A stretch of 64,000 nucleotides of DNA. Source: Octopus sinensis. Lineage: Eukaryota. Below are positions 38,127 to 50,569 of the stretch, piece by piece. Each line of letters begins with the position of its first letter. Position 1 is the stretch's first letter. The stretch lies in NCBI RefSeq assembly GCF_006345805.1, contig NC_043004.1, forward strand, positions 58,218,001 through 58,282,000. Direction: 5' to 3'. The position numbers and the translations under genes are program-made. The notes beneath the pieces were generated by a model that was given only the letters and a program-made list of their open reading frames with translations, did no database searches and had not been told where the DNA came from.

Positions 38127-38467
38127 CAATACTTCATTAGCTTTGTTTTATTATGAGGTTTATTAATTTATTTTGTAGTGTTTAGTGTTATCTCAATGCT
38201 TCCTCTAGTTGTGTAAGATATGAGTAATGGCAACTATGTTATTTTCTGGGGTCATATTTGTGTTTCATATATGCTATGTGATTGGTCTTGTGTTTTTAAC
38301 TGCAGCTGATCATGTAGAGCACATGTTTTGTGGGCAGTGTTACATTAATTATTGGCAGTTGTCTAGAAACTGAGTCGTGCGAATTATTGGTGTTGTTATA
38401 TCACTCATCAATTATGTAAATGTATGATTTCTGTCACTTATGTAGGTGCTGATTATGTAAAATATTT

Positions 38468-38863
38468 TTTTTTTACTTGTTTCAGTCATTTTGACTGTGG
38501 CCATGCTGGTGCACTGCCTTTAATCGAGCAACTCGACCCCGGGACTTCTTCTTTGTAAGCCCAGTACTTATTGTATCGGTCTCTTTTGCCGAACCGCTAA
38601 GTGACGGGGATGTAAACACACCAGCATCGGTTGTCAAGCAATGCTAGGGGGACGATGACAGACACACAAACATACACGCACATACATATATATACATATA
38701 TACGACGGGCTTTTTTCAGTTTCCGTCTACCAAATCCACTCACAAGGCTTTGGTCGGCCCGGGGCTATAGTAGAAGACACTTGCCCAAGGTGCCACGCAG
38801 TGGGACTGAACCCGGAACCATGTGGTTGGTAAGCAAGCTACTTACCACACAGTCACTCCTGTG
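38468..38863 (-). mobile_element. SINE family A
   Basis: Reverse complement, head to tail. Confidence 0.9.
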
Positions 38864-38924
38864 GCTGTATTATATATGCTGTATTATATTATTTAGTGAT
38901 GATTCTGCTGAGCCTTATTATATT

Positions 38925-39125
38925 TTCAAGATCATTGTACTTTAGCATTTTCTCCTCTGCCTCCTTGGTGATGTTTTAACCAGAAGAGATCAAGCTTTCT
39001 CTCAAAGTGCAAACATTTCTGTTCCAGTCTTTGATAATTATGTCTGGATGGTTGCCCATGATTTCTTTGTCAATTTGTACTGATATGTCATAAATCATTG
39101 TGTTCAGATCATTGTCATGTACCAT
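38925..39125 (-). mobile_element. Decayed RLE-type (R4/Dong-like) endonuclease fragment
   Basis: TMIYDISVQIDKEIMGNHPDIIIKD..CTL..*..EEKMLKYNDLE, the PD..D and EK..KY.DL pattern of RLE retrotransposons. Confidence 0.7.
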
Positions 39126-39263
39126 GTTTATTTACTTATGTCACTTCTTATCGCTTTTGTTATAATTTTAAAGTAGTTGATTGGCAAAATTGTGAGTGCT
39201 CCTACATGGTTACTGAATAAGCTAGAAATAACAGACAAATTTCCTTTAAATCATATGCTATTA

Positions 39264-39665
39264 GGCGCCGGAGTGGCTGTGTGGTAAGTAGCTTGCTTAC
39301 CAACCACATGGTTCCGGGTTCAGTCCCACTGCATGACACCTTTGGCAAGTGTCTTCAACTATAGCTTCGGCCCGACCAAAGCCTTGTGAGTGGATTTGAT
39401 AGACAGAAACTGAAAGAAGCCTGTCGTATATATGTATATATATTTGTGTATGTGTGTGTATATGTTTGTGTGTCTCCCAACATCGCCTGACAACCGATGC
39501 TGGTGTGTTTATGTCCCCGCCACCTAGCGGTTCGGCAAAAGAGAACGATAGAATAAGTACTAGGCTTACAAAGAATAAGTCCTGGGGTCGATTTGTTTGA
39601 CTAAAGGCGGTGCTCCAGCATGGCCGCAACCAAATGACTGAAACAAATAAAAGAGTAAAAGAGTA
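39264..39665 (+). mobile_element. SINE family A
   Basis: Head to tail. Confidence 0.9.
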
Positions 39666-40139
39666 TTAGCCTAAAAAATAGAAGAAAAGACATATTGAGT
39701 AATACATCGTAGGAACACTATGCCTGAAATAAAATTCAAAAAAATTTTTAGCCCAGTATGCTCATATTTCTGGAACACTTTTGACTGTTAGTCTGCTTGT
39801 ACAGGTATAACTTAGTACTAAACAATAACAACAAGAGCCTTTTCTTATAAAGGTGTGTTGCAAGGACATAAATTTTAATATCACATGACTGGTTATAACT
39901 GTAGAAAACTTACTTTGAAAACTGATTTCATTATTTTAATTTCAAATATCATTTGAGATAACACGACTTTTCATTAACCTGAATTCAATAAAATAATTCT
40001 AATGAGAAATTTAAAAGTCATTTCTATCAACTGTGCAACTATTTATAGATACTATCTTAGTACCTCAGTAAGTAACTCAAGAAACGGTGATCAATTTGGT
40101 TTCTGTTTGAATAAAATTTAAAGACACTGTTAGTGTATA

Positions 40140-40506
40140 GACACAAGGCCTGAGAGTTTTGGGGATGGTGCCAGGCGATTAGATCAACCCCAGTATGCAA
40201 CTGGTATTTAATTTATCGACCCTGAAAGGATGAAAGGCAAAGTCGACCTCAGCAGAATTTGAACTCAGAATGTAAAGACAGATGAAATACCTATTTCTTT
40301 TAACACAGAGGAGACAAACAAGGACAGACAGACGGATTAAGTCGATTACATCGACCCCAGTGCATAACTGGTACTTAATTTATCGACCCCGAGAGGATGA
40401 AAGGCAAAGTCGACCTCGGCGGAATTTGAACTCAGAATGTAATAGCAGACGAAATACCGCTAGGCATTTCGCCCGGTGTGCCAACGTTTCTGCCAGCTCG
40501 CTGCCT
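40140..40506 (-). mobile_element. Family B dimer (young monomer 40291-40506 plus older headless monomer)
   Basis: Junction GAAATAG|GTATTTC on the minus strand, at the same position as in 11527-11930. Confidence 0.8.
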
Positions 40507-40561
40507 TAGTGTAAAATATATCAATTGTAAAATACACTATAGCAAGGAAAATATCTAGGCA

Positions 40562-41040
40562 CAAACCCTTTTGATATCAACCCACTTAAGACCACCCATA
40601 GTTCTGGGAGAGAAGCCTCCTGATTTAAAATTAAAACCTTCCATGAAAATTACATTTTAATTTATATTCCAAACACCAGCTTAACCCTTTGGTTACCATA
40701 TTTCTTTTGAAATACACATCCTTTGTTGCTATTACGTTTGAAAGTAATGAATAATTTAGTAAAAGAATAGTCATTGTTAAGTTGGCATTATGAACATAAA
40801 TTGTCATGAAATTTTGATGAAGAGTTTCAATTTAGACCTCTTTGAAATGGGAAATTTTTTTATCAGAGAACCAAGGGCAGTTTCAGGCAGGTGGGTATCA
40901 AAAGGGTTAATAATAATCATCATCATCATCATCATCATCATCAAAGTTATTTTACTAAATTCTTTGATATTTTCAAAATTAAGTGAAACAAAGGCAGGGA
41001 ATTTCAGCAAAAATATGGTAACAAAGAGGTTTCATCGTTA
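40562..41040. mobile_element. piggyBac-like MITE (40681-40910) nested at the TTAA of an older opposite-orientation copy
   Basis: TTAACCCTTT...AAAGGGTTAA termini; the flanks are the two halves of a homologous reverse-orientation element. Confidence 0.7.
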
Positions 41041-41051
41041 AACCAAATTAA

Positions 41052-41295
41052 GGCAATGAGCTGGCAGACTCGTTAGCACACTGGGAAAAATGCTTAATGG
41101 CATTTCATTCATCTTCACGTTCGGAGTTCAAATTCTGCTGAGGTCAATGTTGCCTTTCATCCTTTGGGGGTTGATGAGCCTTTCATCCTTTTGGGGTTGA
41201 TAAAATAAGTACCAGTTAAGTACTGGGGTCTATGTAGCTGACTATCCCCCTCTCTCAAATTTCAGACCTTGTGCCTTTAGTAGAAAGGATTATTA
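41052..41295 (+). mobile_element. SINE family B (short form), CpG-decayed
   Basis: GAGCTGGCAG head, TCTGCTGAGGTCAA core, GAAAGGATTATT tail. Confidence 0.8.
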
Positions 41296-41699
41296 AACCA
41301 AAAAAGGAGAGCATTATAAAATTGATAAAACAATGCAAGTGTAGAATGAGCAGGGAAAGGCCTAAGTGCTTGCAGTAAAGTGGACTCTGTTAAAGGCGCC
41401 AGTTGTGCCTTGAGTAGAGTCCATTCTATTCCAGAAGTGTTATACAATAGCTACTATAAATCTGGAAAAGCTGAAGTCCCATTTCTCTTGTTAGAATAGT
41501 TAGACTATACATTTGCTTTCAATTACAACTGCATAAACCAGGACAGCACTTGGCTTGGTGTTGGACAGGTAATTATATTAATTGACATAAATAAACATAG
41601 AAACTACCAATCAATAACTTGTTTACCATTTATCAATAACATATATTGACTAGACATCCATACACTCTAATCAGTTCGCAGATCATACACAGGAAGCAA

Positions 41700-41738
<39 letters not shown>

Positions 41739-41754
41739 CATAATAATAAAAATT

Positions 41755-41786
<32 letters not shown>

Positions 41787-41970
41787 AATAATGACAATAA
41801 TAATAATGATAATGATAATAATAATGACAATAATAATAATAATGATAATAATAATAATAATGATAATAATAATGATAATAATAATGACAATAATAATGAT
41901 AATAATAATGACAATAATAATGATAATAATAATGACAATAATAATAATAATGATAATAATAATAATAATG

Positions 41971-42001
<31 letters not shown>

Positions 42002-42525
42002 CAATAATAATGATAATAATAATGACAATAATAATGATAATGACAATAATAATAATAATAATAATGACAATAATAATAATAATGATAATAATAATAATAA
42101 TGATAATAATAATAATAATAATAATGACAATAATAATGATAATAATAATGACAATAATAATAATAATGATAATAATAATAATAATGATAATAATAATAAT
42201 AATAATGACAATAATAATGATAATAATAATGACAATAATAATGATAATAATAATGACAATAATAATAATAATGATAATAATAATAATAATGATAATAATA
42301 ATAATAATGATAATAATAATAATAATAATAATGACAATAATAATGATAATAATAATGACAATAATAATGATAATAATAATGACAATAATAATAATGATGA
42401 TAATAATAATAATAATGATAATAATAATAATAATAATAATGACAATAATAATGATAATAATAATGACAATAATAATGATAATAATAATGACAATAATAAT
42501 AATAATGATAATAATAATAATAATG

Positions 42526-42556
<31 letters not shown>

Positions 42557-43176
42557 CAATAATAATGATAATAATAATGACAATAATAATAATAATGATA
42601 ATAATAATAATAATGATAATAATAATAATAATAATAATGACAATAATAATGATAATAATAATGACAATAATAATGATAATAATAATGACAATAATAATAA
42701 TAATGATAATAATAATAATAATGATAATAATAATAATGATAATGATAATGACAATAATAATGATAATAATAATGACAATAATAATAATAATGATAATAAT
42801 AATAATAATGATAATAATAATAATAATAATAATGACAATAACAATGATAATAATAATGACAATAATAATGATAATAATAATGACAATAATAATGATAATA
42901 ATAATGACAATAATAATAATAATGATAATAATAATAATAATGATAATAATAATAATAATAATAATGACAATAATAATGATAATAATAATGACAATAATAA
43001 TGATAATAATAATGACAATAATAATAATAATGATAATAATAATAATAATAATAATGACAATAATAATGATAATAATAATGACAATAATAATGATAATAAT
43101 AATGACAATAATAATAATAATGATAATAATAATAATAATAATAATGATAATAATAATGATAATGATAATGACAATA

Positions 43177-43207
<31 letters not shown>

Positions 43208-43257
43208 TAACAATAATAATAATAATAACAATAATAATAATAATAATAATAATAATC

Positions 43258-43295
<38 letters not shown>

Positions 43296-43437
43296 GATAA
43301 TAATAATAATAATAATAATGACAATAATAATGATAATAATAATGACAATAATAATGATAATAATAATGACAATAATAATAATAATGATAATAATAATAAT
43401 AATAATGATAATAATAATGATAATGATAATGACAATA

Positions 43438-43468
<31 letters not shown>

Positions 43469-43645
43469 TAATGATAATAATAATGATAATGATAATGATA
43501 ATAATAATGATAATAATGATAATAATAATAATGATGATGATGATGATAAAAATAATAATGATAATAATAATAATAATAGTAATAATGATAATAATAATAA
43601 TGATGATAATAATAATAATAATAATGATAAAAATTATAATAATGA

Positions 43646-43676
<31 letters not shown>
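41700..43676. repeat. About 2-kb (AAT)n array interrupted by GAT/GAC triplets with higher-order periodicity
   Basis: Direct reading; triplet phase is kept throughout. Confidence 0.98.
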
Positions 43677-43679
43677 AGA

Positions 43680-44228
43680 ATCCCCAATGTTCTGATGCAG
43701 TACCAGGCAGTAGCTCATGTGGCTGCTGATCTTAACTGATTGGAAGTGTTATCATGTACATGTTTTGTGTTGATATAAAAGATAGGCTACAGCAAATATT
43801 CTGCTCAGTAACATAGATTTTCTTGTAAATTGTTTGACCATGACTAGTTGAGCATGTCTCTTAGTGTCTGACAATATGTGCATCTCCGATCACGAGCAAA
43901 AGAAGTGGCAGAGCATCATAGACATTTGTTGAGTGGAATTCTTTGGGGTGTGTGAATGATTCACCTCTGGAAACATGCATGTTTCATTCATCATCTTTAA
44001 ACAAACCTTTCCATGAACCTTTTGAGTGGGATGGGGTGCTCAACCTGAAGAAAATTTTAACTGAGCCCCACCTGTAAGCTCATGCACTGTTTCTCTTAAT
44101 ATGAGATCACCATGTTGTGCACATGTGGTTGTGATGCATGTGCCTGGTGTACCCTTATCAGATGGGTAGTCATGATGGGTATTTTGAGTTTCATATATTT
44201 GTACCCCAGTGTCACTTTGATGGCATTA
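43680..44228 (-). mobile_element. Probable non-autonomous retroposon whose (ATT)n tail is the adjacent array
   Basis: On the minus strand ends ..GCCTGGTACTGCATCAGAACATTGGGGATTCT(ATT)n. Single copy here; recognised only from memory of octopus repeats. Confidence 0.45.
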
Positions 44229-44236
44229 GAAAGAAA

Positions 44237-44630
44237 TCTTTATATATAAAAGTGAAGTTGTGTATCTGTCTCCTACGATTTAGATTCCTAACTACTCCCA
44301 CATTTTGCGGTGCAGTTTAACCAAAAGTGGGTATCCTATAGTCGTGATTCATATCAAAGCCCTTCTGGGTATTAGCACGCGTCTACGATGAGTCTACGAT
44401 TTAAAAAAAAATCTTCCATCATTTTTTTCCATTTTAATGCATTTTTTAAATATAAGGGATGTAACTCTCTAAAAATGTCTACGATGAGTCAACGATTTAA
44501 AAAAAAATTTACCATCGTTTTTTTTCCATTTTTAATGCATTTTTTTGCTAATATTTGGCTATAACTCTCTAAAAATGCTTATATAGTTATTTCCCTTACA
44601 AACCCGAGCAACGCCGGGCGATACTGCTAG
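44237..44630 (+). mobile_element. Non-autonomous Helitron-like element
   Basis: A|TCTTTATATATAAAAG...CCCGAGCAACGCCGGG..CTAG|T; no TSD. Confidence 0.85.
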
Positions 44631-45060
44631 TTAAAAATAAAATGAGAGTTGTAGAAATATTTTAAAGAATCATGGCATCCTCAATAAACTGACCGTTTAT
44701 CTAAGATAAAAAGGAAACAAAAATATATTCAGGAAGTCTTAGAACTTTACTCTATTGGGAAAACTCACCATAAAGAAAGTAGCAAGTTAGCAAGGTTGTT
44801 AGATCATTGCAAGAATTTTCTTGTTGTATTTATTCTATCTCTTTTTTTGTGTGTGTGTTCAAATCCCACCAAAGTCAACATTGCCTCTTATCCATCCAGA
44901 GTTGATTAAATAAAGCATTAGTCAAATCTTAAGAGCAAACAATATCAGCTATCTCAAATCTGTTAACCTTGTAGCTAAATTAGAAACAATATTATAAAAA
45001 TACATCACAGTAATACCATGACAAAATATCTCTATAATATTATGAAAATAAAAAGAACCA

Positions 45061-45470
45061 GGCGCAGGAGTGGCTGTGTGGTAAGTAGCTTGTTTACCAA
45101 CCACATGGTTCCGGGTTCAGTCCCACTGCACGGCACCTTGGGCGAGTGTCTTCTACTATAGCCTCGGGCCGACCAATGCCTTGTGAGTGGATTTGGTAGA
45201 TGGAAACTGAAAAGAAGCCCGTCATATATATATGTATATATATATATATGCATGTGTGTGTTTGTGTGTTTGTGTTTGTTCCTCTAGCATTGCTTGACAA
45301 CCGATGCTGGTGTGTTTATGTCCCCGTTACTTAGCAGTTCGACAAAAGAGACCGATAGAATAAGTACTGGGCTTACAAAGAATAAGTCCCGGGGTTGAGT
45401 TGCTCGACTAAAGGCGGTGCTCCAGCATGGCCGCAGTCAAATGACTGAAACAAGTAAAAGAGTAAAGAGT
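45061..45470 (+). mobile_element. SINE family A
   Basis: Head to tail; short AACCA TSD. Confidence 0.9.
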
Positions 45471-45858
45471 AACCATGCCAGAGAAATTTTTCACCAGGAG
45501 TGATTATGCCCTTTTATTTTTCTTCCTACCATCTAGTACTACTACTTACACTAATATAACTGCTGAATCAAATCAGTTGTAGCTACAAATGTACTGGTTA
45601 CAGAAAACCATCAGTAATCACGTTTGATTTAGTAGTGTATACAAATTTAAAGAGACAAGGTACAACATAATAAATATAAAGCACATCGTTCTGAAAAGAC
45701 AGGAAAATCATTTATCATCAGTTATCGTTTTTAACATTCACTTTTCTATGTGTGCTTGTATGGGAACACTGGCAAACTTCTTCCTTTCTGCTTCACCTGT
45801 AGCTGAATATATCTGGTCGCCTAGCTTCTCTTTTAGCTACCTGATATAGTTCTCTGCA

Positions 45859-46241
45859 GTGGAGGCGCAATGGCCCAGTGGTTAGGGCAGCGGACTCGCG
45901 GTCATAGGATCGCGGTTTCGATTCCCAGACTGGGCGTTGTGAGTGTTTATTGAGCGAAAACACCTAAAGCTCCACGAGGCTCCGGCAGGGGATGGTGGTG
46001 ATCCCTGCTGTACTCTTTCACCACAACTTTCTCTCACTCTTATTTCCTCTTTCTGTTGTACCTGTATTTCAAGGGGCCGGCCTTGTCACTCTCTGTGTCA
46101 TGCTGAATATCCCCGAGAACTACGTTAAGGGTACACGTGTCTGTGGAGTGCTCAGCCACTTACACGTTAATTTCACGAGCAGGCTGTTCCGTTGATTCGG
46201 ATCAACCGGAACCCTCGTCGTCGTAACTGACAGAGTGCTTC
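45859..46241 (+). mobile_element. tRNA-derived SINE family C, young
   Basis: A box TGGCCCAGTGG, B box GGTTTCGATTCC; TSD TAGTTCTCTGC; near-identical to the 51930 and 60432 copies. Confidence 0.92.
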
Positions 46242-46575
46242 TTCGTAGTTCTCTGCTACCACCTCCCTCCCAGTTCTGTTTCTTCATTCCAATGGCCCTA
46301 TCTACAACATTGTTCCACTACCATGTTACTTTAGGTATGGATGGGATGTTGCACCAGCCACAAATTTGGTCAATGGCTCTCGTTAAGTTTTTCCATATGA
46401 ACTTCCATTTGTCCTTGATGCTTGTATGAGTTAAACGAATTTTGTTGGGGTTCATTTTTTATGGACCTGATGTTCCTCTGGTTGCCAATGCTCACTAGCT
46501 TTCAAGCATGACTGGAACTGGTAAGATGGAGTGCTGTACCAGGTTCCAGTCTGATTCGGCTTGATTTCTACAGCT

Positions 46576-47060
46576 TGATTTCTAGCTTTACAGTGTAAGC
46601 ATGGCTACTCCACTGTGGAAGCACTCCTAGGCTACTCCACTAGCAGTGTACACTAAAGAAGAACAAAGACCAGTGATCCAATTTCTCTGGTAAGAAGGTG
46701 TGTCAGGTGCTGAAATTCATCAGAGACTTTTAGCACAATACAGGGACAGTGCACTACTGTGTAGAAGTATGTATGAGTGGATCAAGCCTTTAAAAGTGGC
46801 TGGACAAGCATAATACATGAAAAGGGAGCAGGATGCCCATCAACTTCCACCACTGATGAGAAGATTCAGCAAGCTCAAGAGATGGTAATGGTAAACCAGT
46901 TCACCATTATCATCTCTCAGATCACTGCACTTTGTTCTTCTCTTGTGCACATTGCTAGTGGAGCAGCCATGCTTACACTGTAAATCCAGAAAGTAAAATG
47001 GCAGGATCAGGCTCAAACTTTGATCACATGACCATAACGACCACAATAGTACCAACTAAA
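46576..47060 (+). mobile_element. Mariner-like transposase N-terminal fragment with an inverted copy of its 5' region
   Basis: TKEEQRPVIQFLW*EGVSGAEIHQRL..YRDSAL..MYEWI../FKSG..GAGCPSTSTTDEKIQQAQEMV is a mariner HTH region; 46921-46997 is an inverted homologue of 46576-46680. Confidence 0.8.
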
Positions 47061-47079
47061 AGCATGCATGCATAGAAGG

Positions 47080-47309
47080 CAGTGGCACGTAAAAAGCAAC
47101 ATCCTTCCGTGGCCATTTGCCAGCTCCGTCTGGCACCTGTGCAGGTGGCACGTAAAAAGCACCCACTACACTCATGGAGTGGTTGGCGTTAGGAAGGGCA
47201 TCCAGCCGTAGAAACACTGCCAGATCAGACTGGGCCTGGTGCAGCCTTCTGGCTTCCCAGACCCCAGTTGCACCGTCCAACCCATGGTAGCATGGAAAGC
47301 CGACGCTAA

Positions 47310-47342
<33 letters not shown>
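47080..47342 (+). mobile_element. Family D (RTE-type 3' fragment)
   Basis: Same units and (TGA)n tail. Confidence 0.8.
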
Positions 47343-47561
47343 ATGGCGAAAGAGCAGATAATTTTTGATTTCCCCTTATGTATTCGCATGTGTATGTGTG
47401 CGAGTGAGAGAGTCTGCGTTAATGTTTATATCTTATACTTTAGATGGAAAGTACAGGTAAGAGTAAGTGACATCAAGGGTATCTAGCAGTCAAATGATGC
47501 CTCAATACTAAGTATTTATTCAACCCAAGTTAGCATGGGAAACCAAATGTAGAACAAAAAA

Positions 47562-47861
47562 TCTTTATAGATAAAAGTGAAGTTGTGTGAGTGTCTGTCT
47601 CCTACGATTTAGATTCCTAACTACTCCCACATTTTGCGGTGCAGTTTAACCAAAAGCGGGTATCTTATAGTCGTGATTCATATCGAGCCCTTCTGGGTAT
47701 TAGCACGCATCTACGATGAGTACAATTTTTTAAAAAATTTACCATCATTTTTTCCCATTTTTAATGCATTTTTTGCTATTATATAAGGGAAGTAACTCTC
47801 TAAAAATGCTTATAAAGTTATTTCCCTTACAAACCCGAGCAACGCCGGGTAATACTGCTAG
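47562..47861 (+). mobile_element. Non-autonomous Helitron-like element (one internal unit shorter)
   Basis: A|TC...hairpin...CTAG|T; homologous to 44237. Confidence 0.85.
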
Positions 47862-48363
47862 TCAAATATAAAATTTGTGCCATAAAATTTTTTTTTTTAA
47901 TTTTCAGTTTATGTTTTATATATTCATATTTTCTCATAGCTTCATAGATTAGTTGTGACAGAAAGAAGCTATTTTTAATAAACTGGCAATGATTAAGCTT
48001 TCAACTTCTTTAATAGCTATCTTCAGAATATATCGTATGTTAGTCAATTCTCCTTACCAACATATGGAAAGTGATTCATCTCAACTTCATATTAATTTAT
48101 TTAGTGATCTACATTATGTATATGTATATAGTTCCTGATATCATAGAGTTCTCTATGATCTCAACATTATGACTAATAATTCCATGAAGAGTCTTGGAAT
48201 TAAATATAAATGTGACTAATGTCATTATTTTTTTTAAATATGAGTCATTTGTACAGAATGAAGCTATTGGTTGCTCTACAGAGTCGTTTCAGGATGCAAT
48301 GGACTGAGATTATTTAATTTTAAGATTATGAAGCTGTGAATCAGGAAAACTTTAGTACATATA

Positions 48364-48720
48364 GGTGCAGGTATGGCTGTATAGTGAAAAGCTTGCTTCT
48401 CAACCACATACTTCGGGGATCAATCCCATTGCATGGCACCTTGCACAAATGTCTTCTACTATAACCACAGGCTGACCAAACCCTTTTGAGTGGATTTGGT
48501 TGATGGAAACTGAAAGAAGTCTGTCACATGTGTGTGTGGGGGGGTTATGTGCTTGCACACGCATGTGTGTTTTTGTGTCTGGGTTTGCCCTGCACCACTG
48601 CATGTCAACCGGTGTTGGTTTGTTTACGTCCTGGTAATTTAACAGTTCAACAAAAGAGATTGAGAGAATAAGCACCAGGCTTAAGAAGGAAAAGTACTGG
48701 GGTCAATTCATTTGATTTAA
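48364..48720 (+). mobile_element. SINE family A-related, old and diverged
   Basis: Degenerate head, CORE-like box and 3' module. Confidence 0.7.
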
Positions 48721-48880
48721 TACCAAATGGTTTAGCATTCATTTCTGCTCTGTGGACTCCAGCAGTTGGTGTCTTCTGTTATAGCCTTAGACTGGCCAAT
48801 GCCTAAAGAGAAAAATTCAATTGATGGTAACTCAAAGAAACTTGTGATACCCACATACACATTTGTGTGAGTGCATGTGT

Positions 48881-49361
48881 GAGCCCACTTATGCATACCT
48901 TTTCCTTCTTTGGACACTAAACTCTGCTTGCGAAGACCTGTTGAGGCAAGTAAAATCAAAATCAAATTCTATGACTGGCATCCGTGCTAGCGGGGTGCAA
49001 AGAGCACCATACAAGCGTGATAATTGACAGAGCGGCTAACCGCCAGTGGCACATAAAAGGCATCATTCGAGCGTGATCGTTACCAGCATCGCCTTACTGG
49101 CACCTGTGCTAGTAGCATGTGTTAAAAGATTCGAGCGAGGTTGTTGCCTGTACTGCCTGACTGGCCCCCATGCCGGTGGCACGTAAAAGCACCCACTGCA
49201 CTCTTGGAGTGCTTGGCATTAGGAAGGGCATCCAGTTGTAGAAACTCTGCCAGATCAAGATTGGAGCCTGGTGCAGCCATATGGTTCGCCAGCCCTCAGT
49301 CAAATCGTCCAGCCCATGCTAGCATAGAAAGCGGACGTTAAACGATGATGATGATGATGAT
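48881..49361 (+). mobile_element. Family D (RTE-type 3' fragment), followed by a (TA)n tract to about 49560
   Basis: GCTTGCGAAGACCTGTTGAGGCAAG 5' part, internal units, (GAT)n tail. Confidence 0.8.
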
Positions 49362-49438
49362 ATATATATATATATATATATACATATATGTATATGTATA
49401 TATATATATATGTATATGTATATATATATATTATATAT

Positions 49439-49514
<76 letters not shown>

Positions 49515-50535
49515 ATATATATATGTACACACACATGGATATGTACATATCTATGTATGTGTCTGTGTATCTTGATAGGCATACACTGAGTGTAAATTAA
49601 AAAAAAACGTCACTGTTCTTTCAAATGGTGACATCTGTGAAAGTATGTTCCTGCAATTTGTTGTTTAATAGATTAGGGGAAATATCGCCTTGCTCGAAAA
49701 CAGATGACGGATAGCAACAAGATGAGGAACCAGCCATAGAATAATCTGCCTCAGCAAAGATGCATACAATCTCTACATGCATGGAAAAGTGGACATTAAA
49801 ATGATGACAATGATGATGATGATGATGATGATGACAACAGTGATGGCAATGAGGATAATGATGGTGCTGACACGAACAACAACAACAATAACTACACATG
49901 TTAATCCCAGAACATCTAGGTTCAATGGAATGCCGATACATAGCTGTTGCACTCAGCTACTAATATACAAGCAGCATTACAAATAGTAGCAAAATCAAAT
50001 CAAACAAACAAAAACACAGAAACCGGTTAAATAAATAGATTAAATAAATAATAATATTAAATTGACTTATAAAGCAATGCAACCAGCAAAATGCAAACAG
50101 CAGGCATAACCACTAAAATGCATTGCAAAATCCAATTTTTACCAGTCCAACATTGATAAATGCTTATTCCCACATAAGGTGCCAAATTCAACTAAAATTG
50201 TTATGGAGTTCAAAGAATCACTTTTCTTCTAACACATTACCACCCAACACCTACCAATTCACCCAACAGCCTTCATCATTTCTCTTACTTTTTCTTTTAT
50301 CATTCTTTCCATATCTCTTTTATCTTCACTTTTCCCCTTTACCAAATTCAACAGCTTTTTTTTTTTTTATGTTGGTGATGAGGATGATGGAACTTATTTT
50401 GAAATTTTAGGTGAAAAATGCTGGTGTGAATGGAAGAGGAGTTGGGGCAGGGCATGATGTATATTGTAGTCAGTTTATACATTTACAGCTTTGAGCTAGC
50501 TTTAAATCAATAATACTGTTGTATTGTGAGAATAG

Positions 50536-50569
<34 letters not shown>

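Noticed and set aside
41646-43739. 697-aa poly-Asn/Asp CDS and the overlapping poly-Ile/Leu ORFs
   Set aside because: Open in four frames purely because of the trinucleotide repeat; no unique domain and a non-ATG start.
44130-44228. HDV-like ribozyme at the 5' end of the minus-strand retroposon
   Set aside because: Only a TGCC/GGCA pairing was evident; I could not build the nested pseudoknot by eye.
45859-45935. tRNA gene
   Set aside because: A and B boxes are present but no complete cloverleaf, and the sequence continues into a TSD-flanked SINE body found three times in the window.
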